The position numbers were made by a program, and so were the translations under genes. 64,000 nt of DNA from positions 544,001 to 608,000 of the forward strand of contig OY820579.1 of the NCBI GenBank assembly GCA_963681965.1, read 5' to 3'. Source of the stretch: a bacterium (GTDB lineage: Bacteria > Electryoneota > JAOADG01). Positions 1 to 9,926 of the stretch are shown piece by piece (the first letter of the stretch is position 1; the number at the start of each line of letters is the position of its first letter). A model generated the notes under the pieces. The model saw only the letters and a list, made by a program, of their open reading frames with translations. It made no database searches and was not told where the DNA came from.

Positions 1-245
1 CCTGCGCAGGTCGATTGAAACGATTGGTCGTATTCGACGGAACGACTGTCGGTTCAGTCGATTCCGATGTCGATATCGATACCGGTGATCAAATTGCCGT
101 GCAAGCACAATTCAATAACACAGCATTCACGATTACCGTACTGAAAAATTCGATCGCAACGTCACTCTCATTGCCGGAAATTGGCGGGTATCGTCCGATC
201 TGGGCAACGGTGCTGATCGAATTAACCGATCCGGTACTGATTTAG
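1..245 (+). CDS. 5'-truncated hypothetical protein, possibly phage-like structural
   Basis: Frame is open from the window edge (CAGRLKRLVVFDG...) to TAG at 243-245. The stop overlaps the AGGAGGA RBS of the next gene. Product not recognised. Confidence 0.5.
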   Translation, partial: CAGRLKRLVVFDGTTVGSVDSDVDIDTGDQIAVQAQFNNTAFTITVLKNSIATSLSLPEIGGYRPIWATVLIELTDPVLI

Positions 246-253
246 GAGGAACC

Positions 254-1096
254 ATGGCTTTTACAACGATCGATAAAATGCGGCTGCAACTGATCGGTCC
301 GACCGGAGCAGCGCGAAAAATTCTCAATGAACTCGTATTGATTGGGGATAATGGTGACGGTGTTTTGGCGAACAATCCGATCGAAGAGCATTCGGTTCAA
401 ATCAAGGGCATTACCACGAATCAAATCGATAGTGCCAGTGTGGTTTTGGACGATTCCAACTGGACGGTTTTCGCTCCGCAAAATGTTGTTCCAAATTCCG
501 TCGCAGTGGTAGATGGACCGCAACTGTACCGCTTCTATGCCGAGAATTCGGATTTTCTGATCGACTACCAATTGGGTCGAATCAAGCGCCCTTCAGGTTC
601 GAATATCACTACTGGACAGGGTGTCACGGTGTTCTATCAGTCGTACACATTTTACACCGAAAATGTCGATTACACGTTCGACTATAATCTTGGCACCTTC
701 AAGCTTGCAACTGGAGGAACAATTCTTTCGGGTCAATATGTTTGGGTCGATTACAATATCGCAGAATCCGGAGCTACCGATGCGTTATTGACGGAAGCAT
801 TGGAAGAAGCTCATGCGAAAATTGTCGCCCGGTTGTTGCCCGGATATTCGGAAATCTCTACCGATTCATTACTCGCTGTTGGTGAAACCGAACTAGCGTG
901 TGCAATCGCGGCACGGGCACTTGCCAGTAAACCGCTCGGTATCAGCCGCGATACTACCAGCGATGACCGCGCGAGTGCATGGTTGAAGCTCGCCGATCAA
1001 TTCGAGCGAGTAGCGTGGCAAACATTGCAGAAATTTATTTCCAAGCCGGCACGGAAATCGGGTTACGCTGTGAAAAGTGGCAGCGGAAGCTATTAA
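254..1096 (+). CDS. Putative phage head-tail adaptor (Mu gp36/DUF1320- or SPP1 gp15-like) with inserted duplicated beta module
   Basis: Strong RBS AGGAGGA at 244-250. N-terminal MAFTTIDKMR and helical C-terminus (DALLTEALEEAHAKIVARL...ELACAIAARAL...) resemble head-completion proteins. Two copies of Y-x-EN-x-D[FY]-x-[IF]DY-x-LG...G..I..GQ.V.V.Y lie between them. Confidence 0.5.
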   Translation: MAFTTIDKMRLQLIGPTGAARKILNELVLIGDNGDGVLANNPIEEHSVQIKGITTNQIDSASVVLDDSNWTVFAPQNVVPNSVAVVDGPQLYRFYAENSDFLIDYQLGRIKRPSGSNITTGQGVTVFYQSYTFYTENVDYTFDYNLGTFKLATGGTILSGQYVWVDYNIAESGATDALLTEALEEAHAKIVARLLPGYSEISTDSLLAVGETELACAIAARALASKPLGISRDTTSDDRASAWLKLADQFERVAWQTLQKFISKPARKSGYAVKSGSGSY

Positions 1097-1108
1097 TCCG
1101 TTCGATGA

Positions 1109-2296
1109 TTATCTAAGTAACGAGAGATAAGGCAAACACATTGCGATTACGACACACCATCCAACTTTTTTGGCAATCCGTTCCGGAAGTGACCAGAGCG
1201 ACCAGCAGACAGCCAGCACCAAAGCGGGTGCGGCGATCAGAAGTAGGCGCGCTTCGGTTTGATGATTCATGATCGCATTAATCAACCATGCGAGTATCCC
1301 GCACCCGCCACCGATACCCCACACCAGTAACACGCTGCGAGTCTGGACGTTAATACCGGAAAGAAATTTCGCGCGTTGATGCCATCCCCAGATAAGAGCA
1401 CCAAGGGAAGCGATAACGTAGATCAATCCGGGAAGCTTTACCCAGTAAGACGACCATGGTTCCTGCCACGGACAGACTAGCGAATAACAAAACGCTACTA
1501 CCGCTTGCCGGAAACCGATTGGAATCGGATTGCTAATTCCCAGGATGCTGTGATAAAAAGCCAATCGCTGTGCCCAAAGACTGTACGTGAGCACGAATAC
1601 TAAACCCGCAATTTGAAGCACCCGCACCCATTTGGTGAAGCGATTGTAAAAACCGCTCATCAGAATGGCGGAGAGTGGCATGATCCACAACACCACTGCC
1701 GGTAGTTTCGAATAGGCACCCAGTGCCATGATTGCGCCAAGCAGAACGAAATCGTGCCACTGAAATTTGCGACTGATCAGTAATGCCGAAAAACCGTATA
1801 ACAACGCGCACGAGACTGCCAACAACGCGTCGTTGTTAATCGTTGCCGATGCGGGAAGCGTCGCGCCGAGCAGACTTCCGACGGCAAGAATCGCGTCCCG
1901 CATCCGGGGTAACGGCACCGAGATGGACAGTATCCAAAGCGCCAAATACCAGAGCAGAAATGAAAACAGTCGGATGAAATATTCACCGTGATTCGTCGCG
2001 GTAAATACCTTCAGGATGGTTGCGGACAGTTGGTAATACAGGATCGGTTGCCAATATTCCGCGCTGCCGGTAATGAGGGTGGAATCGGAATACCGGTTGC
2101 GGTCCGGATGCGGTAACCCTTTCGCATCGCGCTGATAGAGCACATTGTTCCAATGTGAGAATTCGTCGTTGAATGCCGGGATGGATCCCGGCAGTGTCTG
2201 TAATGGCATGGCGAAGATCAACCAGAGCCGAAGTAGGATTCCGGCAATCAATGCAAACCAGACATATTTCGGTAAATGAAATGGAGTAACGTTCAT
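1109..2296 (-). CDS. Multi-TM GT-C fold glycosyltransferase-like membrane protein (GT39/DUF2142-like)
   Basis: About 10 TM helices with NDE.SH, EYWQP.LYY, NND and SKL motifs. Start moved to ATG 2296 because a terminator occupies 2353-2379. Confidence 0.65.
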   Translation of the reverse strand: MNVTPFHLPKYVWFALIAGILLRLWLIFAMPLQTLPGSIPAFNDEFSHWNNVLYQRDAKGLPHPDRNRYSDSTLITGSAEYWQPILYYQLSATILKVFTATNHGEYFIRLFSFLLWYLALWILSISVPLPRMRDAILAVGSLLGATLPASATINNDALLAVSCALLYGFSALLISRKFQWHDFVLLGAIMALGAYSKLPAVVLWIMPLSAILMSGFYNRFTKWVRVLQIAGLVFVLTYSLWAQRLAFYHSILGISNPIPIGFRQAVVAFCYSLVCPWQEPWSSYWVKLPGLIYVIASLGALIWGWHQRAKFLSGINVQTRSVLLVWGIGGGCGILAWLINAIMNHQTEARLLLIAAPALVLAVCWSLWSLPERIAKKVGWCVVIAMCLPYLSLLR

Positions 2297-2352
2297 GATC
2301 ACCCGATCGAAGATTGATCCGGATCCGTTCAATAACGAGTAAATATACTCAC

Positions 2353-2379
2353 AAAAAAAGGCGGATGAATCCATCCGCC
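2353..2379 (-). terminator. Rho-independent terminator
   Basis: GGCGGATG/CATCCGCC stem with an A7 tract on the + strand (U-tract on the - strand), just downstream of the 2406-3359 gene. Confidence 0.75.
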
Positions 2380-2405
2380 GAAATGAAAGTTCAGTTTATC
2401 TGTTG

Positions 2406-3359
2406 CTATTTGCTGCCCGGAACGATCGTACTAGTCTGAACAGTGTCCTGATTTGTTCGTGGAAGTTTACTGTAATCCAGTTCACTACCTCGCATGCTAT
2501 GAGGAATTAGATAGATGCCCGACATGATGATGGTCGCGGCTACAGCCCACCAGCGACCGCGTCGTTCGCCATCAGGTTTGCGTAGTTGCCAGACCGCCAA
2601 AACCCAAGCGAGAATCATCAATGCGGTTTTGTTATCGGTGAGATCTTCCCCAAATGGCCACCCGGTCCAGAACGCATCAAAGGCGTATTTCTGAACCAAT
2701 GGACCGAGAACAAATCCACCGACAATCAGTAAAATCGTAGTAATGAGGGTTTTGCGATAGACAGGTTCTTTCAGCAGCGCCCCAAGTAAAATTCGCATGG
2801 CAAAAAACAATCCGGTGAACATACATAAAATATGTGGTAACAGGACGAACGGAGGTACATCCCCTTTGAACCGAGTAACCACTGCACTACCGGTTTGGGG
2901 AAGCAGAACGCGTTCCGCACCCCGGTTCAACGCAACCTTGTATTCCAATTTTCCGGCGGCGGGTTGTTTCGGAAGATAGCCGATAAGTACCGACCGGGTC
3001 GATCCCGTCGATTTTCCGCGATTGCTTATGATAGTATGACCGATTCCCGATAATTTCCCAATCTGGTCGGCGGTGAGGGTTTCGCGCTGAAGTGGTAACA
3101 CTCGTAATGGCTCATCGAGCTTGTAGCGCTTCCAGATAACTTCGCCATGAATAGTTGTATCGCCGACATCAATCAATACTGGTTGATCGCCGGTCGTTTC
3201 ATGGGTTCGCAATAACGCGTAATGGATCGATTGCCCACCAAGGCTCGCTTCGCCATCCAAGGGATAAGTCGGACCGGTGCTGCGCTGATAGTGTGCAGAT
3301 AAAAAAGTTAATATAAGTGCCAATATCCACAATAAGATGGATCGGATCGTTTTCACCAC
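2406..3359 (-). CDS. Hypothetical membrane protein
   Basis: 317 aa ORF with an N-terminal TM, a soluble domain and four C-terminal TMs (TGPTYP, WTGWPFGEDLTDNK, IPHS motifs). Confidence 0.75.
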   Translation of the reverse strand: MVKTIRSILLWILALILTFLSAHYQRSTGPTYPLDGEASLGGQSIHYALLRTHETTGDQPVLIDVGDTTIHGEVIWKRYKLDEPLRVLPLQRETLTADQIGKLSGIGHTIISNRGKSTGSTRSVLIGYLPKQPAAGKLEYKVALNRGAERVLLPQTGSAVVTRFKGDVPPFVLLPHILCMFTGLFFAMRILLGALLKEPVYRKTLITTILLIVGGFVLGPLVQKYAFDAFWTGWPFGEDLTDNKTALMILAWVLAVWQLRKPDGERRGRWWAVAATIIMSGIYLIPHSMRGSELDYSKLPRTNQDTVQTSTIVPGSK

Positions 3360-3475
3360 ACCCCCGTTGTTGTCTGCTGATTATACGTAATTACTTGTTA
3401 AAAAATCAACTCCGGGGTGAGGAATTAATCGGTTTCAATCGAGAAGAACCAGCTTTTGTATGGAGGATCAGCTTT

Positions 3476-3787
3476 ATGAATTGGATCGATGAATTCGTTG
3501 ATGATTTGTTCGATACGAAAGAATTAACCGACGTCGCACTATTTGCCGAAGAACACGGATTGACTGTCGATGAGGTGAACAGTGTCGATGAAGGATTACT
3601 CTATAACAGTATGATGCGTCGGTTCAAGCGGGAAGCAACTCTGGCTATCCCGAAATTGGCGGAGGCGTTACTGGAAAAAGCGTACCGCGGCGATATCGCC
3701 GCGATTCGATTGGTTATTGCACTGGCAAAACCGGAAACCGTGAAAGGAAAAGGCGATGACCCGATGGAATCATTCCGCGAGTCCTAA
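3476..3787 (+). CDS. Putative terminase small subunit
   Basis: GGAGG RBS at 3462-3466 before ATG 3476. Small helical protein with AEALLEKAYRGDIAAIRL, a pattern typical of TerS. Overlaps the start of the large terminase. Confidence 0.6.
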   Translation: MNWIDEFVDDLFDTKELTDVALFAEEHGLTVDEVNSVDEGLLYNSMMRRFKREATLAIPKLAEALLEKAYRGDIAAIRLVIALAKPETVKGKGDDPMESFRES

Positions 3788-5149
3788 ACCGCATACATCT
3801 GCGATCAAACGGGAAATTGCCAGGCTTCGACAGGATCCTGCGCAATTTGCCGCCGACTACTGTTGGACCGACCACCCTAGTCTCGGGATCAGGCGGTTCC
3901 CCTCTTTCCCTATCTTGCCCGGCTCTTTTCGGCGCTCGAGACTGAGCCGCGGCTGCTAGTATTGAAAAGTCGTCAGGTAATGGCAAGTTGGTCGATTGCT
4001 GCTTGGTTGATTCATCGAGCGCTATTTTATTCGCCGGGCGATTTCATGATTCTTTCAAAAGAAGAACGTTCGGCGGAAGAATTATTGTTGCGGATCCGCC
4101 ATTTGATTGCGCGGCTACCGCGCTGGATGGGAATCCGATGTGCAATCAAACGACGAGAAATTGTTTTTGCGAAAATTGGAAGTCGAATATTTACTCTACC
4201 CGCCGTTCCAGAGGCGGTGCGGTTGTATACTCCTACAGTAGTGGTGTGGGATGAAATGGCGTTTACTCGCGAGGCGGAACGGATTTGGGAGGCGCTCTCG
4301 CCGGCACTCGATAGCAGCGCGCGATTTGTCGGAATCAGTACACCGAATGGTCGTTTTACCACGTTCGGTCGATTGGTTCAGAAACCCGATCAATTCGGCT
4401 TCTCATTGCACCGAATCCACTACCGCGAGCGTCCGGATCGCGGCGATGCATGGCGCACTGAAAAGCAAAAAGAGTTGTCCGAATCCGAATGGCGGCGGGA
4501 ATATGAATTGTCGCTGGAAGAAATTAATGGATTGCGCGTCATCGAAGAGTTTGTGCCCTCGGTACATATTGAATCTGCTCCACTTTCAAAGAAAGACGTA
4601 CTGCAGTCGCCCCGATTGTTTCGGTCGATTGATTACGGGTATCGGACACCAGTGGTTCTGTGGATTGCCGAACGGGCGGACAACCGATTGACTGTATTCG
4701 ATGAATGGATTGGTGACAATGCGACACGCGATGATTTGCTAGCGGCAATCCGGGCAATCGACCGGAAGTGGGGTATTTCCGATCGAAATATCGAATGGAC
4801 AGCCTGCGATCCTGCCGGTGCGCAACACGGTGACACCGGAATTCCGGTAGTGGATTTCCTTGCAGGTGCGGGAATCCGGCTGATGTTCCGAAAATCCCGG
4901 ATCGAAGATGGATTGGATATCGTCCGTACTTATTTTCGAAGAGCCGATGGGGGGAGTGTTTTAAAAGTATCTCCACTGTGTACAAAATTGATTCTCGATC
5001 TAGAATCGTACACCTACGACGAGCGAACCGGAAAGCCGATTAAAGGGAATTATGACCACACAATTGACGCACTACGATATTTTTGCTTAAGTTATATGGT
5101 TCCTACTCCAGCCAAACGAAAAGTGCGGGTCGCCGGATCAAAACGCTAA
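3756..5149 (+). CDS. Terminase large subunit, split by a -1 frameshift at about 3905-3911
   Basis: Walker A LKSRQVMAS, Walker B VVVWDE, coupling motif ISTPNG, and nuclease motifs SIDYG, CDPAG and DHTIDALRY. ORFs 3756-3959 and 3962-5149 join as ...GIRRFPSF/PYLARLFSALETEPRLLVLKSRQ. Confidence 0.88.
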
Positions 5150-5524
5150 TGAGAGGCGAGGAGCATTGGAAAGGAGCATGATAATAAATATCTTGTAACG
5201 CTACCAAGGAGTTTTTCAGGTCTCTGGACACCATAATACTTTCTAGCTCGATTTTTGGTCGGAAATTGTATTTCTGTCGCTGAGATCTGGAAAACGGATC
5301 CCTTCCTATCCGAACTGGATCCGCGGTAACTGCTTTCTCGTGATCGTTGGTTGATGCAATAGATGATCACGCTTTCGTTATTGGAAATATCACTCGGCTA
5401 GTTATCATTTAGATCAGATGATTACGGAATAATTAGGTGCGATCGGGTCACCGAAATAAACTGACAAGAACTCCCGGTTTATTACGTACCAATGTTACCC
5501 TTTACGAATACGACTAGAGGAAGA

Positions 5525-7063
5525 ATGAATACCGATAACCATGGAATACCACCAAACGGTTTCCGCTCAGTTGAAGAGGAGTACGAGCGACTGGGTAAGG
5601 ATGCCGAACGGCTGCGGTTGGATGGCAAACGCGATGCTCAACATGAGTTACATCGCGAAATGCTCGTTTTTGCTAAAAAAAACAATATCAAACGTCTGAT
5701 TGCAGAAGCTCATGGTTTGGTTGGTCGCGATGCGATGGAGGTCGGAGATTTTAAACTAGCGTTTTCCGAATTGAAAAAATCACTGGATTTATTGTACGAA
5801 TTTGACGATGCCGAGACTTTGGGTCGAACGCTTGGAAATTTGGCAAACCTGCTCCGGATTCAAGGATTGTTCGAAGAAGCAAAGAAGTATGGTCAAGATG
5901 CTTTGGTTCAAATCCGAAAGACCGACAACCGTCGCTATGAGATGGTGGTTCTCGGCAATCTCGCCTCGCAGGAAATTGAACGGGGCAATTTTGTCGAAGC
6001 AAGTCCGTTCTTGCTCGCAGCCTTGGAAATCGCTCAGAAGATTGGCGATGCCCACGCCGAGGTACTGTACTACGGTGAATTAGCGAAAATCCGTCATTCC
6101 GAAGGAAAAGTCGACGAAGCATTCGAAGTAATCGACAAAGCGATTGCGATTGCGAAGAAACACGATCTGCGCAGCGAAGAGGGAACGATTGTCCGCACTG
6201 CCGGTCTGATTGCCACTTCCGAAGCGCAATGGAAACGCGCCCGGATGTTGCTGGAGCAAGCGCTGGCAATTCACCGCGAAGCGAAAGCATTCCGGTTTGT
6301 TGGAATCACCCTGCATAATCTTGGATTGATTGCCTTGACGATGGGCGATGCCGATCTTGCCGAGCGTTACCTACAGGAAGCGATTGCGATTCATCGCAGT
6401 AGTGGAAACGTTCATTCCGAAGCGCTATCCATGTCGGTGCAAGCGGAACTCTCGTTCTGCCGTGGCGAACATGAAGCGGCACTGCAGAAATTGAACCGCG
6501 CGCTCCAGATATCGCACGACATCAAAGACCGCAGTTTTGAAGCGATGGCAAAGAGCTATATCGCATTTATATATATCGAACGAAAACGCTACAGCGAAGC
6601 CTTGACCAAACTGGAACAAGCCGTCGAAACGCAACGCGATACCCGCAATACCCGCGATTTGGCAATCTCTCTCTACCGGTTGTTAGTACTCTACCTCGAA
6701 TTGGGCGATCAGAAACAGGCAATCAATTGCCTGAAAGAAGCCGATGAAATTACTCAGAATAGTCGTGTGCAGATGGTTCAGATCCAGTCCGCAGTCGCAC
6801 ATGGATTACTCACGTTATTCTGGTACAAACAACAAAACGACGGTGTGGTCGTCAATCGCGAAGAACCGGTAACACTGGAAGCGGTAATCGATTATTATCT
6901 GAAAGCCAAACAGATTTTCGAAGAGAAAGAGATCGGTTCGACCAATTTGAGTGGTTACTTCTTGTTGCAGTTCCGCGATCGGATGATAAAGTCCGGAATT
7001 CCATTCGGTGAGTTACCACTACCAACTAACTGGATCGCACAAGATCGCGGCAGTACCCGATAA
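5525..7063 (+). CDS. Tetratricopeptide-repeat protein
   Basis: About 9-10 roughly 40-aa helical repeats (LGNLA..., ALAIHRE..., EA..L). ATG 5525 follows GAGGAAG. Confidence 0.85.
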   Translation: MNTDNHGIPPNGFRSVEEEYERLGKDAERLRLDGKRDAQHELHREMLVFAKKNNIKRLIAEAHGLVGRDAMEVGDFKLAFSELKKSLDLLYEFDDAETLGRTLGNLANLLRIQGLFEEAKKYGQDALVQIRKTDNRRYEMVVLGNLASQEIERGNFVEASPFLLAALEIAQKIGDAHAEVLYYGELAKIRHSEGKVDEAFEVIDKAIAIAKKHDLRSEEGTIVRTAGLIATSEAQWKRARMLLEQALAIHREAKAFRFVGITLHNLGLIALTMGDADLAERYLQEAIAIHRSSGNVHSEALSMSVQAELSFCRGEHEAALQKLNRALQISHDIKDRSFEAMAKSYIAFIYIERKRYSEALTKLEQAVETQRDTRNTRDLAISLYRLLVLYLELGDQKQAINCLKEADEITQNSRVQMVQIQSAVAHGLLTLFWYKQQNDGVVVNREEPVTLEAVIDYYLKAKQIFEEKEIGSTNLSGYFLLQFRDRMIKSGIPFGELPLPTNWIAQDRGSTR

Positions 7064-7186
7064 CGCGAACGGGTTAATTCACTTCGTCAATGCGACCGAT
7101 TGCGAAGTTGTCTTTCCAAACAATCTTCCTGGTTTTATAACTGTTCGCGATCGAACGAACTTCGTATCATGTTCAAAGAGGTGGTT

Positions 7187-7891
7187 ATGGTACGGATCAT
7201 TCCAGCACTGGATCGTCGCTTCGGCGATTTCGGCTGGCTCAAAACATACTGGTTATTTTCGTTCGATCGTTATCACGATCCCAATAATATGCATTTCGGT
7301 AACCTCCGCGTCTTTAACGACGATATCGTGCTGCCTAAATCGGGCTTCGGCACGCATCCACATCGCGAGATGGAAATCGTGACGATCGTCTTGAGTGGAA
7401 CAGTGACTCATGAAGACAGCATGGGGAATCGCACCGAAATAAAAGCCGGAGAAGTGCAGCGAATGACCGCCGGTACAGGAGTATCTCATTCCGAGCACAA
7501 CCTCGGTGCCGACCCACTCAATCTGTACCAAATTTGGTTTTTCCCCCGCGAACCCAATCTTAAACCTTCGTACGAACAGGCATCATTGCTTCCGGAAGCC
7601 CGCAAGAATAAATTGCAAGCAGTCGTTTCGGGTACCGACCCACACAGCTTGGTGAAGATTCATTCCGATGCGACAATTTATCTGTCCGATCTGACCGAAG
7701 GAAAAAAACTTTCGTATCCACTTTCATTCGGACGCGGCGCATTTGTATACATCACTTCCGGTGAGATCTCTGTCAATGGAACCACGTTACAATCCAAGGA
7801 TCAAGCGCGATTGGAAAACGAGACTTCGCTCGAGATCGTCGCGAATCAGTCATCCGAGTTCATTATAATCGATGTCGATCTGACGGTGTAA
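7187..7891 (+). CDS. Pirin family protein
   Basis: FG.LRVFNDD, GFGTHPHREMEI, HEDSMGN, MTAGTGVSHSE and QIWF motifs. GAGG RBS before ATG 7187. Confidence 0.93.
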   Translation: MVRIIPALDRRFGDFGWLKTYWLFSFDRYHDPNNMHFGNLRVFNDDIVLPKSGFGTHPHREMEIVTIVLSGTVTHEDSMGNRTEIKAGEVQRMTAGTGVSHSEHNLGADPLNLYQIWFFPREPNLKPSYEQASLLPEARKNKLQAVVSGTDPHSLVKIHSDATIYLSDLTEGKKLSYPLSFGRGAFVYITSGEISVNGTTLQSKDQARLENETSLEIVANQSSEFIIIDVDLTV

Positions 7892-7930
7892 CGGAACCAA
7901 CAATCCAAGTCAGGCAAAGAGGCTGCTGGC

Positions 7931-8455
7931 ATGTGGAATTTCGATTTCTCTGTATTGACGATTATCCTTCGCACGACGATTATCTATTGCGTGATTCTGC
8001 TTGGAATGCGGATATCCGGGAAGCGCGAACTCGGTCAGATGACACCGATCGACCTCGTATTGATCCTGCTCATCTCGAATGCGGTACAAAATGCGATGAC
8101 TGGTCCGGACACGTCCGTTACCGGCGGGATTATCGCAGCCGCAACACTGCTAATATTGAATTGGGTTACCAATCGGTTGATTCAGAAAGACCGCTCGTTG
8201 CGCAAATTACTCGAGGGCACGCCAACGATTCTGGTTCACAATGGTAAACTGATTCACAAGAATTTGCTATCCGAGAAGATTTCTTCCGAAACCTTGAATC
8301 AAGCATTTCGCGAACACGGTGTCACGAATATTTCCGATATACATCTTGCAACGCTGGAAATTGACGGCTCGATCAGCGTCATCCGGATCGATGAATTACC
8401 GGCTCAACTCAAACCGCATCACAATTTCCGGTTCATCGAAAAGAAGAATAGCTGA
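7931..8455 (+). CDS. DUF421/YetF membrane protein
   Basis: GKRELGQMT..D, three TMs, EG.PTILV.NG and LE.DG.ISV motifs. Confidence 0.9.
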   Translation: MWNFDFSVLTIILRTTIIYCVILLGMRISGKRELGQMTPIDLVLILLISNAVQNAMTGPDTSVTGGIIAAATLLILNWVTNRLIQKDRSLRKLLEGTPTILVHNGKLIHKNLLSEKISSETLNQAFREHGVTNISDIHLATLEIDGSISVIRIDELPAQLKPHHNFRFIEKKNS

Positions 8456-8583
8456 CTTACCGCGATCAACTTACCGAAATAGAATTTTTTATCACTTGAA
8501 CTAACTGAACCCCGTTTCTTCTGCTAACGAATACGCTCGTCGGAGCGTTTTCCACTCATCCTCCGAATCCGAAAGGAATCGTC

Positions 8584-9873
8584 ATGAATCACATCTCCTC
8601 TGCGCGATGCGAATCGCGTGTTTCCGGTATTTCGCCTCGGTTACGAGAGTACCGGTTACGGCAATCTACTAACAATCCTCCCGATCAAATTGCACCCGGC
8701 GATGGTTCTTCGCTTTCCTCGACGTACACCGCAGTGGAATCCGCTCAACCGATGTCGGCGTCGTTGTTGGACGGATTTCTTTACACCGGTGGTAATCGCG
8801 CGGATTTCTATCGTTATTTGCGCGACCGCTTGCCGATCGTATCCGCCGGAATTTGGTCGTGGGTACATCTTTGCGCGACACCACTGGAACGTCATTTCGA
8901 TGGACCCGCTCACGCCGTGCGGGAAGCGGAACAGATTCTCGCTGCGCTGGAACGTCGATTGCAGCCGTATCCCGGGCGATTGGCGCTTGACCGACTCACC
9001 GAAGCGTTATTCTGGGAGTTGTTCACGCTCGGTCGCTGTGCCGCTGAAATTGTGCCATTACCCGATCTGAGCGGTTTATCGGCGATCCGGTTTATCGATC
9101 CGTATCGCGTTCGCATCGGCAAGAATCAGGAAAAATTCTACCTCGATGACGATCGAAAATTGATTCCAGTCGTACCCGACCGGTTCTTCTATGCGGTGTT
9201 GCAGCACGATCCGGCGCAACCGGCGGGGATCGATCCGCTTGCCACCTTGCCGTTCGTACTTGCCATCGAAAAGCAGTTGCTCGAAGATATGGCGTGTTCC
9301 AGTCACAATGTCGGTTCGCCGCGAATGCAGGTGAAGATCACACCACCGCTGCGCGAGCCGAGTGAATCTGCCGACGAATATGAAAACCGCGCCGGGAAGT
9401 ATTTCGACGATACGGTCAGTGGTTTTGCGAAACTCGATCCCGACGACAATCTCTTCACTTGGAACGACGTTGAAGTGACGATTATTGGCGGTGAAGGGCG
9501 TCAAACGTCGCAGTGGCGAATCAGTCGTCAGGAAGTCGTCGAGGATGTTGTGACGGGTCTAAAGCTGTTTCCGTGGGTTCTCGGTCGCAGTCACGGCACC
9601 ACCAAGAATTGGGTCGAGGCGCAATTCAATTTGCTGATGCACATCGTCAATTCGCTGCAACTCCGCGGACTGCAACTTGCCGAACGGATTGCGAATACCG
9701 AACTCGCGCTGCGCGGCAATCCCGCCCGGGTCGCTTTCGCATATACTCCACATCCCGATCCCTTTGCGTTGCAACGCGAACAGGCATTTTCGCTGAAAAC
9801 CAATACGCTGCTGACGCTGGTCGATCGTGGCTACCTCACGAAAGATGAGGTCATGGGGAAACTGAAATTGTAA
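8584..9873 (+). CDS. Phage portal-like protein
   Basis: RBS AAAGGA. LFTLGRCAAEIV...RFIDPYRV, P.GIDPL, GLK..PWVLGRS..TT.N and terminal LVDRGYLTKDEV match portal-family patterns. Lies directly upstream of a prohead protease. Confidence 0.7.
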   Translation: MNHISSARCESRVSGISPRLREYRLRQSTNNPPDQIAPGDGSSLSSTYTAVESAQPMSASLLDGFLYTGGNRADFYRYLRDRLPIVSAGIWSWVHLCATPLERHFDGPAHAVREAEQILAALERRLQPYPGRLALDRLTEALFWELFTLGRCAAEIVPLPDLSGLSAIRFIDPYRVRIGKNQEKFYLDDDRKLIPVVPDRFFYAVLQHDPAQPAGIDPLATLPFVLAIEKQLLEDMACSSHNVGSPRMQVKITPPLREPSESADEYENRAGKYFDDTVSGFAKLDPDDNLFTWNDVEVTIIGGEGRQTSQWRISRQEVVEDVVTGLKLFPWVLGRSHGTTKNWVEAQFNLLMHIVNSLQLRGLQLAERIANTELALRGNPARVAFAYTPHPDPFALQREQAFSLKTNTLLTLVDRGYLTKDEVMGKLKL

Positions 9874-9926
9874 CGAACTGTAGCATTAGTTCATACTATC
9901 AACGATTATCTCATCGACTCTGAAGA

